A DNA stretch of 64,000 nt. Origin: Vitrella brassicaformis CCMP3155 (lineage: Eukaryota; Protista; Chromerida). Shown in pieces: positions 1 through 11,600 of the stretch. The notes beneath the pieces were generated by a model. That model saw only the letters and a program-made list of their open reading frames with translations, did not search any database and was not told where the DNA came from. Position numbers and translations under genes: made by a program. The stretch spans positions 62,001 through 126,000 of the forward strand of contig CDMY01000718.1 of NCBI GenBank assembly GCA_001179505.1, written 5' to 3'. Numbering within the stretch: position 1 is the first letter of the stretch; each line of letters starts with the position of its first letter.

Positions 1-165
1 GCGGGCAGCAAGACGAATAAGGCTGCGACTCCACATCGTTGATGATGGAGGACCGTCCCTTCACAATACCCAACCGGTAAGACAGCAAATGACCTCACCT
101 TCAGGGTTTGGGTTGCAGGGTTTGGCTCGGGCTAAGCTTGCAGCTCTCCATCAAGAGGAGAAGTC

Positions 166-3100
166 ATGGCGCCTGGTGAAGGCACAGCAGCCGGCTCTGT
201 GCCGGGCTCTGCAAGAGGCTCCAAATTGTCTGGAGCGCCCTTCCACAACGTCGCCGAAATCAGGTCGCCGAGCAGTCAGCAGGGCAGCTTCTCGCCCCTC
301 AAGAAGGCAGCATCGCTGCTCAGGTCGAGCTTTGGTGGGGAGGCCTCACCCGGTGCCGGTGCTGATGCCTCCCCCGCCTCCATGGAGGAGCAGAGGAGGG
401 AGTGGCTGGGTGCGGCAAGGCGCGGCTCCAGCGGCCTGCCGCCAAACCTCGATGCCGGCCTGGGTGTCGACCCGCAGCAGGTGTTTGAGCGGCTCGGGAG
501 CGCCGCATCGCGGCTGTCTTCCCAACTGAGCCACCAGATGTCTCGGCTGAGCCGGCGGATGAGCTCACAGAGGGAGGGGCCGCCGGGGGAGGAAATGCGG
601 ATTGAGCCGCTGACCGGGATAGAGGAGGGGGAACAGGAGGAGGATGCGGGGTTTGGCCTGACGAGGCCGTCCGACAGGGATGACATGGTGTTGGTGAGGA
701 GGGCTTCGAATGTGGGGTGGCGTTACGTGAGCGCCAAGCGGTCGGTGGACCTCTTCTGGCTCGAGAAGATCCTCCTCATTTGGGATGCTGCTCAGGTAGG
801 TGTCCATCGATCGATGGATCTGACCTGAGGCTATCTCTCTCTCTGTCTCTGTGTCTCTCTCTGTCTGTCTGTCCGTCTGTCTGTCTGTCTCTTTGTGTCT
901 CTCTTTGTGAATGTGTGTCTCTGTGTGTGCATATCAGATATGGGGTTTGTGTTGGGTGATGTTTCAGCCTTACCTGCCTTATCAGTGGAACTACCGCACC
1001 AAGTTCTCCGTCTGGTTCAATATGGACATTGCCAACTCGGAGTTCAGACCGCTGCCGGGTGGGCTGGCCGGACAGACAAATCACACAACTACTGCTCGCA
1101 GCAGACGTGTCCTTGTCTCTTTGTCTATAGGTCACCGCCGAGTGAATGAGCTGACATTGAATAGATGGGAAAGGTGAGACACGAGAAACCTCATTGTTGG
1201 TCTGTTTGTGTCCCTATCTTTATGTGTCTCTGTGTACATGTGTCCAGGGTTGTGTACCTGTTCGTTTGGGCTGCATATCCTCTTGTTTTGCTCGGGCTGC
1301 GCCACCTGTATGTCAAGTCCAGGGTGAAGAGAGGCATTTACACACCTGGTGAGGGAACCAAGACAGCAAGGCAGACAGAGAGCAAACAGACACAGGGTCT
1401 TCTCTCTCGGTGCCTGTGTATGGGCGTGTCGGTGAATGAAGACATGAAGGCGAGCAGCGAGCGGTGGCTGCTGCTTGCCTGCATGATAACCTACACGTGG
1501 TTCCTCATGGGCACACTCCCAATCGTCTTCTGCCAAGTGTGCGACCTGCTCACCAACAGCCACACGAGACACAAACGATGGTTGGCTGGGTGTCTGGATT
1601 CTGCTGTGTGTCAGGACGATTGGGACGGGTGCGATCCGTGGTGGTATTTCATATTGAGGATGGTGCTTGGGGTGTACTGCGTCGGAATGGCCGTATGTGT
1701 GCCCGTGCTCGTCTTCAAACTCATTCACAGACAGATTGTGGCCGACGACAACGAAGCACACGAACGGTGGGCGAACGGCAGGCTGGCGATGAGACGTGGA
1801 CGCTGCTGTCTGTCTGTGCAGGTATCTTCGTTTGAAGGAGACAGAGTATCTGTTGGACCTGAACAGCCACTGGGACCACGGACACATCTGGCTCTTCTCA
1901 TCATACAAGCGAAGCCTCCTCAGGCACGCAACACAAACAAAGGACCAAAGACGGAAAGAAGCCTTCTTGCCGTGTGTGTGTGTGTGTGTGTGTGCAGGGT
2001 GTACCACCGCCCGATTTTGTTTGCCGTCAAGTTCATCATGGTGCTCGTGTACTCGTGTTTTCCGACGCTGTCTTTCATCCCGCAGAGCGAGCGGAACATG
2101 ACACAGGCGATGATCGTGTGCGTTGCCCTGTTGTTCGTCACGATACTCACATGGGTGCGCAAGCTCTACAGGTGACGGAATCTGAAATGAATAATGACCA
2201 CCACGCAATTCTGCGGTGTTTGTTCATTTTTGCTCCCGTGTGTGTGTCTGGATGCAGGTGTTACAGCACTTGGTTGCTGCAGCAGGCCTTCTTCTGGAAC
2301 ATGTGCGCCTACTCCCTCATCGCCGCCATCAAAACTGTCGAGGGATACAACTCCGTCTTCCTCGTCGACGCAACACGTAACAAGCATTCCATCCATCCCA
2401 AAACCGCACATGAATGCTATCTGCGCGTCTGGCAGTGTCGCTGATCCTGATCAGCATCCACATGGCCATCGGCATCTTCATTGGGGTAAGCTGTACAGAC
2501 ACACTCGTGGCAACGGCACGCAGCACATCCGCGCTGGTCTGTCTCTGCCTGCAGATAGTGCTGTTGATCTGTATGGGCCGCAGTGCCCTTCGCGGCCTCT
2601 GGCCCGTCACACTCGAAGATGCGGACGAGATCGCCATGGGTGAGACATGGAAGGGGCTGATGAAGCCAGCACTCACTGTGGAAGGCGCCTGTCTGTGTGT
2701 TTGTCGCCTGGTCAGAGCACGAAGACGTTGTGCACGACCTGCAGCTGGCAAAGAGGATGCTCGAAGAGGTCAGACACCCACGTACAAGGGGAGACATGCA
2801 GGAACGATGTGGCTTGGAATGTGTGTTTTGCAGTATGGCGTGACCAACCGTCGCTACATCCCCGTCGACAGGGTGCAGGCGATGATGCAGAACCTCGAGT
2901 ACCACCTTAACGCCACCAGGAAATACGACCAGTGAGGAGAAACAAGGACTGGACATGGCGACAGCATACACTCATGTGTGCGTGCGTAAAATCAGTCCAT
3001 TCCACTGGACCGTGGTTGACGTGCTCGAGGACATCACCGACCTCTACGCCGAAGTCAAAGCGGTGAGCGACCAGCCAAACACAGGAAGACCCGAAATTAG

Positions 3101-4031
3101 CTGGGCGGCGGGGCTGTGTGCGTCGGCCAGATGTCCTACTTGCCGCATCCAGCACTCGAGGGAGTCCTCATCCCTGTAAGAAAGGACAATGTGGCGTCAG
3201 CCTGATGGTTAATGGCTGATTGGATTTGTGTTGTCATTTCAGCTCCAGAAAGCTCTGCGGGCTCGCCGCCAGGAACTGGTGCTCATGAACCCGAAGAAGA
3301 GAAGAATTCTTCTCAAGCTGGGTGAAAGACCTACACACATTGCCTGTCGTCTGTCTCTCATTCTTTCTGCCTGTCCGTTCTTAGTTGCCCTTCGCGCCCT
3401 GTGTGGCAAATATCTGACGGAATTTGACGTGGCGCCACTCGACGGTGAGACCAGAAGACGTGGCTCTCTCGGTCTGCTGACAGTGTCATTCCCTTGTGTA
3501 GATCGGTACGCGTTGCCGTCCGGGGAGACACCCGACTACCTCAGCCTGCCGCTGATCGGTGTGACGACACCCAAAATGGGCAACAGGAAGTCACTGCTCC
3601 TTTCCTTAGGACAGCAGGACGAGGCACAACAAAGGTGACCATCACCCACAGCAGCACACCGAGGCATCATGCGTGTCACCCTCTCTCTCTTGCGTCGCGC
3701 CCTCAGGTTACTTGACCCCTCTGCACAGCTGCTGCCCGAAGGCCCTGACGTATCGCCAGACATATCCCCGACGCGTATCGGCCGGCCATCGGACGAGGAG
3801 GAAGACCATGCGGAGGTGGAGCCGGAAAATGCCGATCTGTTGGGGGAGCAGGCAGACGATGAAGCGGGGTATGAGGGGGAAGAGGAAGAGGAAGAAGAAT
3901 ACGACTACGGTGAGGGCGATGAGGAAGAGGAAGAGGAGGCAGAAGAAGAGGAAGGGGAAGAAGAACAGCCCGATGAAGAGGAAGGCGAAGGCGAGCAGGA
4001 GGGGGGGCAAGAAGAAGACGACAATGATTGA
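166..4031 (+). CDS. Multi-exon multi-pass membrane protein of unknown function; disordered N-terminus and strongly acidic (Glu-rich) C-terminal tail
   Basis: ATG at 166. Successive exons flanked by GT-AG encode hydrophobic helices (VVYLFVWAAYPLVLLGL, WWYFILRMVLGVYCVGMAVCVPVLVF, PILFAVKFIMVLVYSCF, LAVSLILISIHMAIGIFIG). The last exon (ORF 3669-4031) is E/D-rich and ends DDND-stop. Family not recognised. Confidence 0.7.
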
Positions 4032-4847
4032 TTGATGGGTACTTTTTGAAGACAGGCGTGTGTGTGCATTTTTCAAAGCCTTTCTTCATGTCAGATGCAG
4101 GGGGATTGCACTGTCTTACCATGCATGCATTCATTCCATGCATGACGTCTACCTATCCCTCAATTCCAGCCAGCCAGCCAGCCAGCCACTACAGTAAGTA
4201 CTCACTCACGCACTCATACAAGGCCGAGCACAACAAGCAGTGCTTCGCCAACCATCGGTGGCCTGGTAGAGCAGATGGCCGATGCTGCGACACAGCGGGA
4301 TACGGCTGTGTCACTGCGCGGCCATCTGCATCACCGGCGCTCCGACGGACGCACACCGACACAAGGGCTCCATCCATCCATATGTAGCAATCAGCACAAC
4401 ACCATTCTCACAACCAAGTGTACGGTCCACATGCATCTCGCTCTTGTGCCCCCGCACACTGACTGTCATTTCCGCGCCGTCCACCATGCCGACAACGTAC
4501 CTTTAGTGACAAGCTTGTCAGCTTGGCACCGAATGTGCGGCCGAAGGCGATGGTGGATGGGAAGGAAACGCCTGTGTGTGCTAGGGGTCAGAGAGAGAGT
4601 AGCAACACAACCAAACCCTCCCCCCGGGGTGTCTCTGGGTGAAACAAACAGTTGCGCGAGCCGCCCTTCCAGGCCAAAAAACGCACCCACGCATCCATGC
4701 ACATCCAGCCGGCCAGACGTCAACAGCCGAGACATTCGTACGGATATCGTACAGACAGCCGAGCCCCACACAAGACAAGGCAGCCACGCCATCCAGCCAT
4801 CCATCCAGGCCTTCCCCCACTCGTGGTAGGGTCCATGTATTATCATC

Positions 4848-6210
4848 ACGAGCCGACGGGTGGGTCTGGTCTGAGGTCCTCTGGGAGGTCCTCTGGCAGG
4901 ATGAACGTGAGCTCCTTGGGCTTGTGGAAGTCGGGGCAAACCTTGCTGAGATGCGGGTCCGTGTTGACCTACACACACACACACACACACACACACAGGG
5001 AGAGTGAGAGAGGATGCAATGCGTGGCGTGTTTCTGCTCTCAATGGGTGTCTGTCTTTGATACGTACGTTGGGTATTTCGAGTGAATTCTCGTAGATGAG
5101 CCCTCGCCAGCGGCGCGAACGGCGAGCCTCGAGCCACTGCATGTACCGATGGTGGTCTGACATACAGAAACACACGACATTCACACACACACAAAGAAAG
5201 AAGGAAACACATGACATCCTCCAGGAATGCAGCTAAGATGTCTTATACGTTGATCGGCCCACTGACCATAGCTCTGGCCGTACTGGATCCACCAGTAGTT
5301 CTCGAAATACTCGTCGGCATCGAGGCGCCCGTCGTTGGGCTCGCGCGCCTGCATCACGAACGCGATGACGATGGTGGGTCCGAATGTCTACACAGTACAT
5401 ACCGCACACACAACACACAACACAGGGGCGTTTGTCGGCACGATCGATCGGCCGGGCGTGCACCTCTCTGCCTGCCTGCCTGCCTGCCCGTTTGTCTGGC
5501 TGGCAAGTGTGCTGTATACTTACGTAAAAGACCCAGGAGCCCGTCCAGTACATGGAGCGCGAGTAGGCGAAGACGGCCGTCATGATAATCTTCCAGTCAT
5601 ACTTCTGCCACCAAAACGACAGGTCGAAATACGTCGTCAACTCATCTGTCGACACACACGACAAGCAGTTGGGATCTCTGTCTTTTCGACTCCCCTCCTT
5701 CAGGTACCTTACCTTCCGTCATGGAGTTGAGCCATCCACCATAGTTGAGGTTGGCCCCGTGGTGCTCACACCCGGTGTGCATCGGCTCATGAGGCTTGTA
5801 CGGACTGAGAAATTGATCACACAGACACAGACACAGACACAAGCACGGACAGGTGACCAGAGATCACGAGACACGCAGCAGCTCCGCCCTCTCTGCGTCG
5901 CTGTGCCCTTCACGTGGGGCCTCCCTGCCGGCCTGCCTGACGCCGCCCTGCAGCGCCTCCTTGCCTGTCGCTGCCTGATCTGCGTGGCGTGTTGTGGTCT
6001 GTCTGTCTGTGCTGACTCACTCCGAGAAGAAGGGGCATGACATGACGAGTTTGTCCATATCGAGTCCCTTCCAGGGCCGCAGACTATCTCGCACCTGCCC
6101 CGGCCAGCACTGCGTTGACTTCTGGGTGAACCTGTGGGACGTCACCGGCATGTTGCAGCCGTACCGTGGACTGAGCAGCAACGGCGACCCACGCCGCGCC
6201 ACACACCGGG
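4848..6210 (-). CDS. Probable mitochondrion-targeted single-pass membrane protein of about 255 aa; possibly a myzozoan-specific respiratory complex IV accessory subunit (ApiCox-type)
   Basis: Hand-splicing in phase gives MTLARCVARR...PFFSD|PYKPHEPMHTGCEHH...MTE|DELTTYFDLSFWWQKYDW...WTGSWVFY|TFGPTIVIAFVMQAREPNDGRLDADEYFENYWWIQYG...|HHRYMQWLEARRSRRWRGLIYENSLEIPN|VNTDPHLSK...PPVGS-stop. The N-terminus is Arg-rich and lacks acidic residues, and there is one hydrophobic segment. The ApiCox resemblance is from memory only. Confidence 0.6.
4971..4996. repeat. (AC)n intronic microsatellite, representative of many in the window (for example 7286-7310, 20083-20107, 26335-26357)
   Basis: Read directly; located next to 3' splice sites. 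Confidence 0.95.
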
Positions 6211-6346
6211 CGAGCGTCATCGCGCCCGCCGATACCTGCTTTCCTTCTCCTCCTCCACTTCCCCTCAGCTCGCAAATGGTTTTACGGGGGAAGATTGGCG
6301 TCGACTGAAGTGAATTGTCAGCGTGCGGCCGCCTGCGTCTTCCGCC
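6211..6346. promoter_or_regulatory. Putative bidirectional promoter (about 136 bp) between two probable mitochondrial genes
   Basis: Divergent ATGs at 6210 (-) and 6347 (+). Positional inference only; no motif identified. Confidence 0.45.
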
Positions 6347-7726
6347 ATGCTGATGCGCCTGGCTGCGGCCAGAAGGGTAAGCAAAACACACAGAAGCGAA
6401 GGCAGCGCACGAGGGGCGGGGAGGCAGATGCAGATCAGGCTTCGTTTCCACTTGTCTGTCTGTCTGTCCGCTCAGGCGTGTGCTGTTCAGCACGCCGGCC
6501 GTGGCGCGGTGCTGTGGCCGCCTCAACAAACAGCGGCCGGGCATCGATTTTTCAGTACGGTAGTGGTTGCTGAGCATGACACGAAGAAGCTGGTGCCCTC
6601 GACCCTCAGCGCCATCAGGGCCGCACTCGAAATGAAAGAGGGAGATGTAAGCCGAGAAGCCAGCCACACACAGAGGGAGGGAGGGAGGGAGGGAGGGAAG
6701 GGGCACACGCACGTAATTATTGGTCTGTGCGCTGGTTCGTTCAGACCCACGTGTTGGTGGCGGCTCAGCCTGGGATGGCGAGAACGGTGGCTGAGGATGC
6801 CAGCCGTGTGTCGGGCGTCAAGTCGGTCATCGTGTGTGAAGACAATATCTTCAGATACCAGAGACCAGGTAAGGAGGGAGAGAGGGAGAGAGGGAGGGAG
6901 GGAGGGAGGGAGAGGCGGCACACGCATGCACGCGGCTTGGCGAGAGATGTCTGTGGTATCTGCATGGGTGTGCCTGTGTGGTCAGACACCATGTACAAGC
7001 TCCTTCGCAAGATTCGCAAGAGCATGACCATCACCCACCTTGTGGGCAGGTCGGGCCAACCATCCCCACACACCTCATTCACAAACATGGCTTACAAGGC
7101 CTAGCTTCATTCACATGCAGCTGTCCCTTGTGTCTGTGTCTGTGTGTGTCCAGTGACTCCCCGGCAATGCTGGACATCATGCCGACGTGCGCCAAGAAGC
7201 TCAACGGCTACTACGAATACGCCATCACCAAATACGACAGAGAGGTCAGTCCGCCAATCACTTAGCGCAACGTGCCACGTGTTTATGTGTGTGTGTGTGT
7301 GTGTGTGTGTATGTCAGCAACTGACCAAGGACATCAAGCTGTATTTGGAGGATGCGTGGGAGTTCAAGTACAAGGACGACCCCGAGCTCCAGTGGATCCC
7401 CACCAAGCCAGTTGTCACCAAAGACATGATGCTCAACACCGAACCAAACATACTCCGGGTATGTAAAAAACCACCTAAACTAAGCCGCTCACACACACAT
7501 CAGAAGCACATCGCCCTTGCCTGTCGATCAGTGTCTGTCGGTTGACACGACGGCGTATGAGCCTGCGAGTATGGCCGGCAGCCCCGTGCCGGTTGAGAAG
7601 TTCAAGTCGCCCTTTGACCACGGGGAGCACAACAACCCCCACTGGTTTGGCGCCGACTGGCACGGATGGCTCGCCGGATACACACTCATGTCACTCGTCT
7701 GGTATATGAATAAACAAGCCGATTGA
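6347..7726 (+). CDS. Electron transfer flavoprotein alpha-like protein comprising domain I only, with a short C-terminal aromatic/hydrophobic tail instead of the FAD-binding domain
   Basis: Seven exons splice in phase. FFSTVVVAEHDTKKLVPSTLSAIRAA, HVLVAA, ASRVSGVKSVIVCED, THLVGSDSPAMLDIMPTCAKKL and LSVDTTAYEPASMAGSPVPVEK align by eye with ETFA domain I (STLVIAEH...[22 protein letters not shown]...FSVRGTSFDAA). The N-terminus looks like a mitochondrial presequence. Stop at 7726. Confidence 0.75.
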
Positions 7727-8691
7727 CGCACGCACGAGGCAGATGACGGAATATGGAATGTCTGTCTGCTCTGGTCTCTGCTTCGTTCAGGTGGTGTGGA
7801 GTTGGCTGATTGAGGTGTTTCCGTTCGGCTTGATTTGTGCCTGCCCGTCCCTGCTGCCGCTCGTGCAACTGACGAACAAATGGTCTATGAGAAGAGAGAG
7901 GGTGTTGGGTGTGCATGCGAGTGTAGAATATGCCGGCAGTTTGTGATCGATTTGCCTCAAGCTGTCAATCGAGGCTGTCCGTTGTTTGACGAATGGATCA
8001 GGGGAGGGGAGGGGAGGGGAGAGCTGTCTGTCTGTATGGTGCAGTCAGGGCAGTCGTATACATCAGATGATACATTCATTTGTTTCTTCGTTGTGCGTGT
8101 GTGAAGCCGTGCACGCCATGACTCACCCCGTCGCTCTATCTAGATGGTGCAGTGACTCCAACCGTATGTATGTGAATGAAGTCTTTCAACAAAGCCCGTA
8201 TTCAAACGATCAACTGTCCCACTCATCTTGATGAGTTATCTGACGCCCTTTCTTCTGACCCTTGCGGCAGCCCTTCACTCACGCCATGCTTAATCATGTC
8301 CCCACAAAGAAAAGTCCCCCTTCCGTGTCTGCGAACTGACGAAAAAGGCCTGCGGGGACATGTTCTTTTGGCAGGGAAGTGGGACAAGATGGCCTTCGTG
8401 CTGGGCAGCCGGGCTTGTGTGACGACCCAGACCGGCGCTCGTTGCGCTTGAGGCAGCTTCGTTTATGCGGTCCTTTGTTTGGTGTAGGGCTGAGACTCCT
8501 GATACTGTGAGCAGGAACAAATTGGAAAAGGGACTGGCATGTTCATACAAATCATTCAGAAACTCCGAGTCAGAAACCGCGAGACGGAGCACGCATCAGC
8601 TGTACAACATACAAAGTGACTGTACACACCAATGAATGCTACACGATCGATGTTCATTTCGCAGACAGTATACTACATTTCGCAATGGTTG

Positions 8692-11600
8692 TCACTGACT
8701 CATCCGCTTCCCCACGTGTGTCCCTCGGCTCCCTCGTAAGCCCAGCATAACCTGCTCACTGACCAACGAATGGCGGTCAGGGGGGACAGAGGAAGGAGTG
8801 AGGCCTTTGCGCGGACGCCCCACTTGGCTCAGGCGCTTCCGCCCCATGACGTCTCGCGGAAGTCGTTTCACTTCCGGAGCCTCCGGGGCGGACGGAGACA
8901 GCATATGTGCCAGGCTCTGTGCACACAGGGCAGCCGCCAGTCATGAATGCGATAAGCATGTCTCGTGTATTCGACTGACTTACATTGACAAATTCAATTG
9001 CGCTCGGTCGTGATGAGGACGTCGTCTTGCGAAGAGTGCCGGGAACCGGGGGCGCGACCTGAGACACAGAGACAAAGCCAATGACTGGTTTCTTCCCGCT
9101 ATCCACCGTGTCTTGCCCTTCGGCCACCGGCGGATTGGTCTGTTCTGTTGTCACAAGAGAGGCTGCTGCGTCCCTTGGGCCATCGTCATAGATATCGTGC
9201 TGCTCCTCGTGTTGAGACAACGTGCTGCTCCGTCGGCGCACGCTGCTTCTTCGCGAGTCGGCCCCGGCCCCTCCCTTGCCGCTACCCCCAGTGACCAATT
9301 CATTCATGGCCATTTGAAGGGCACCACGTGTGGGGTCGAGGACACCCTTGCCCTCTTTCCATCCGCTGCCCCTCCGACTGGTGACGACAGATTCGGCCAG
9401 CGAGCTGCCCTCAAGAGTGTGGACCGATAGCGTTGAGCCCCGCCGTTTTTCCTCTCCCTCACCCATGTCTCCTTCATCATCAATCTGGCCCTCGCCTTCG
9501 GTCAATGACGCCAATATGTCATGGTGCGGCTGCGAGTCAGAGAAGACGCTTAAGCGAAGGCCCAATGAGGCGCCTTGGGGGATGGGACCAATCGACGAGA
9601 TAGACGCGCGCCCCGTGTCTCCTTCCTCGGCAGCGTGTGTCGGAGCGGCCGCCGCAGGGAGGTCATGCACAGCCGAAAGAGTGACAGGGACAGGTGCTTC
9701 GGGCACTGGCTCCTCTATGCTGCTCGTGTGAGGGACCTCATCGGTTGTTCCCAGAGCGCGATTGAGGTCTTGCAATTCGATGATGTCCTGGAGCTCGTCA
9801 GTCTTCATACGCTCGAATCCCTCCAACTCGGTCTCAGCCCCAAAGTAGTAGGCCAGATCGAACAGCGCCCGACCCATTCTATTCTTCCTTGTACCGCCCC
9901 ATCCCCCGCCTCTCTTGCCGGTACGGATCACGCGAAGGATCATCTCAGGATGAGGCTGCAGCTGCTCGGACAGGCTTGCTGGTCTCTCGCCCATCTCCAC
10001 AGACTCGCCGGCTTTTGGCAGCTCAGTGGGAGCGCCGGTAGACTGTTGTTGCAGCAGACGCCCATATACGGTGTGCGCAGGAAGCCTCTTCGGCTGAGGG
10101 CCCCTCTTGCCTTTGCTGCCAGCTTTTGCCTCTTCATCGAACGGAAGGTCCTTCCATCCCTGCCGCAGCTGCTTCTGGCTCTCCAGCACGCGACGCAGGC
10201 CCGTGGGATTCTTGAGGAGCGGACACTCGAAAAGCGGCTTCCCCCACTCTCTCTTGCTGCCTTCGGTGCTGGTGTCGGACGTGGCGCCTTCTTCAGAACT
10301 TTCTCTTCCGCTCTCCCATCCGCGCGTGCGCCGCGATCTCCTTGCGGATGGAAGTGGCGAAACGGGGCACGACTGCGTCGTCGTTGGCATTCCATCGACT
10401 GGAGAACACACTCGTGTCGTCTGTTCGAGGGCGGTGTCCTTGGAAAGGTAATTGTTGAAGGTATAAGAGTCTCGGAATGCCAGGTTCTTGAAGCGTGCGA
10501 AGAGTTCAGTCGGCGAGAAATAGTCGCCTCCCACGTAGAGCTTCTGTTGAGGAATCGGCGGGGTGAAAGGGCGCCATACGTTCCCTCCTTCACCCAGATC
10601 CCGCCTCACTCTCTTGCCGCTCTTCTCGCCATACCGAGGCCTTGAATCAAGCCGCGTATTCCTCTTGCCAACAGTCACGTCGCCGTCCACTGTCATTCTC
10701 ACTGGCCGGTCCGCTTTGAGCTCACGATCGGCAATCCTCACGCCCTCCCTTTTAGCATCCTTCCGACCTCTGACCGAGACGCTGCCATTCACATCAGATC
10801 CCTTGATCGACTCCCGCTTAACCCGCGGTGTCTCTACGGTGTTCATCTGCTCTGGCACTGGAGACCGGGCGTCTTCAATGGGAAGCAGCGCTTGTAATGG
10901 CTGCGTGGGGGATGTCTTGTGCTCAGGCACGGTCGATGAGATGACGAGGCCTTGCAATGAAAGAAGCTGGTGTATCAGACGGCGAGGCTCTTCTTCAGGC
11001 GATATCCAGCTGAAGGACAAGTCAACGTTATGAGGACAGGTCCCCTGCACGTGTTCTTTGCCCTACTTTGTGTTGACAGAAGCCAGAAGCTGGAACTGCG
11101 GCGCATATCTGAGAGTCCGTTGCTTGTTCCGCAGGAAAGGAGACGTTGAGAGGCTCGGAGCTGCCTTCGGCGCTACGAGCCCCTTCCTGTCCTTGAGCAC
11201 GGTAGACGGCTCCTGGTTGATGACTGCAAGTGCTGCCTGCGGCGCATCGCCGGTCTGGACGGCCTTGGCGATGTGTGATGCCTCAGAGGTACGAATGATG
11301 ACGTCATTGCGGACAGCCTGCGAGACATGAGCAGACTCCGCGAACGTATTCTTGCTTCGTTGTTTCGATTGTTCACCTCGATTTGTTGCAGCCGCTCATG
11401 ATGCCATTCGACCTGTTTTGCATACAAATCGCGCAGGCCTTGGCCAAACACAAAAAGGTCAGAGACAACGGACACAACGACGTGAGCGGCTTGTCGATCC
11501 CGTTGTTGCCTGCTGCTACCTCGCTGCACAGCCCCCGGCAGCCGTGTGTTGGCATCTAGCTTGGTGACCGTCCATACATCCAGACGATTGGATGACACGA

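Noticed and set aside
7727-8691. Possible hidden ETF-alpha domain II exons downstream of the ETF-like gene
   Set aside because: None of the ORFs here contain GGRG, GASRAAVD, QVGQTG or GISGA motifs, and the region looks like UTR or intergenic sequence.
9575-10645. Long antisense or alternative-frame ORFs (also 1132-2208 -, 32098-32526 -, 62639-63235 +)
   Set aside because: They are shadows of real GC-rich coding exons on the opposite strand, have no recognisable motifs, and often run through microsatellite introns.
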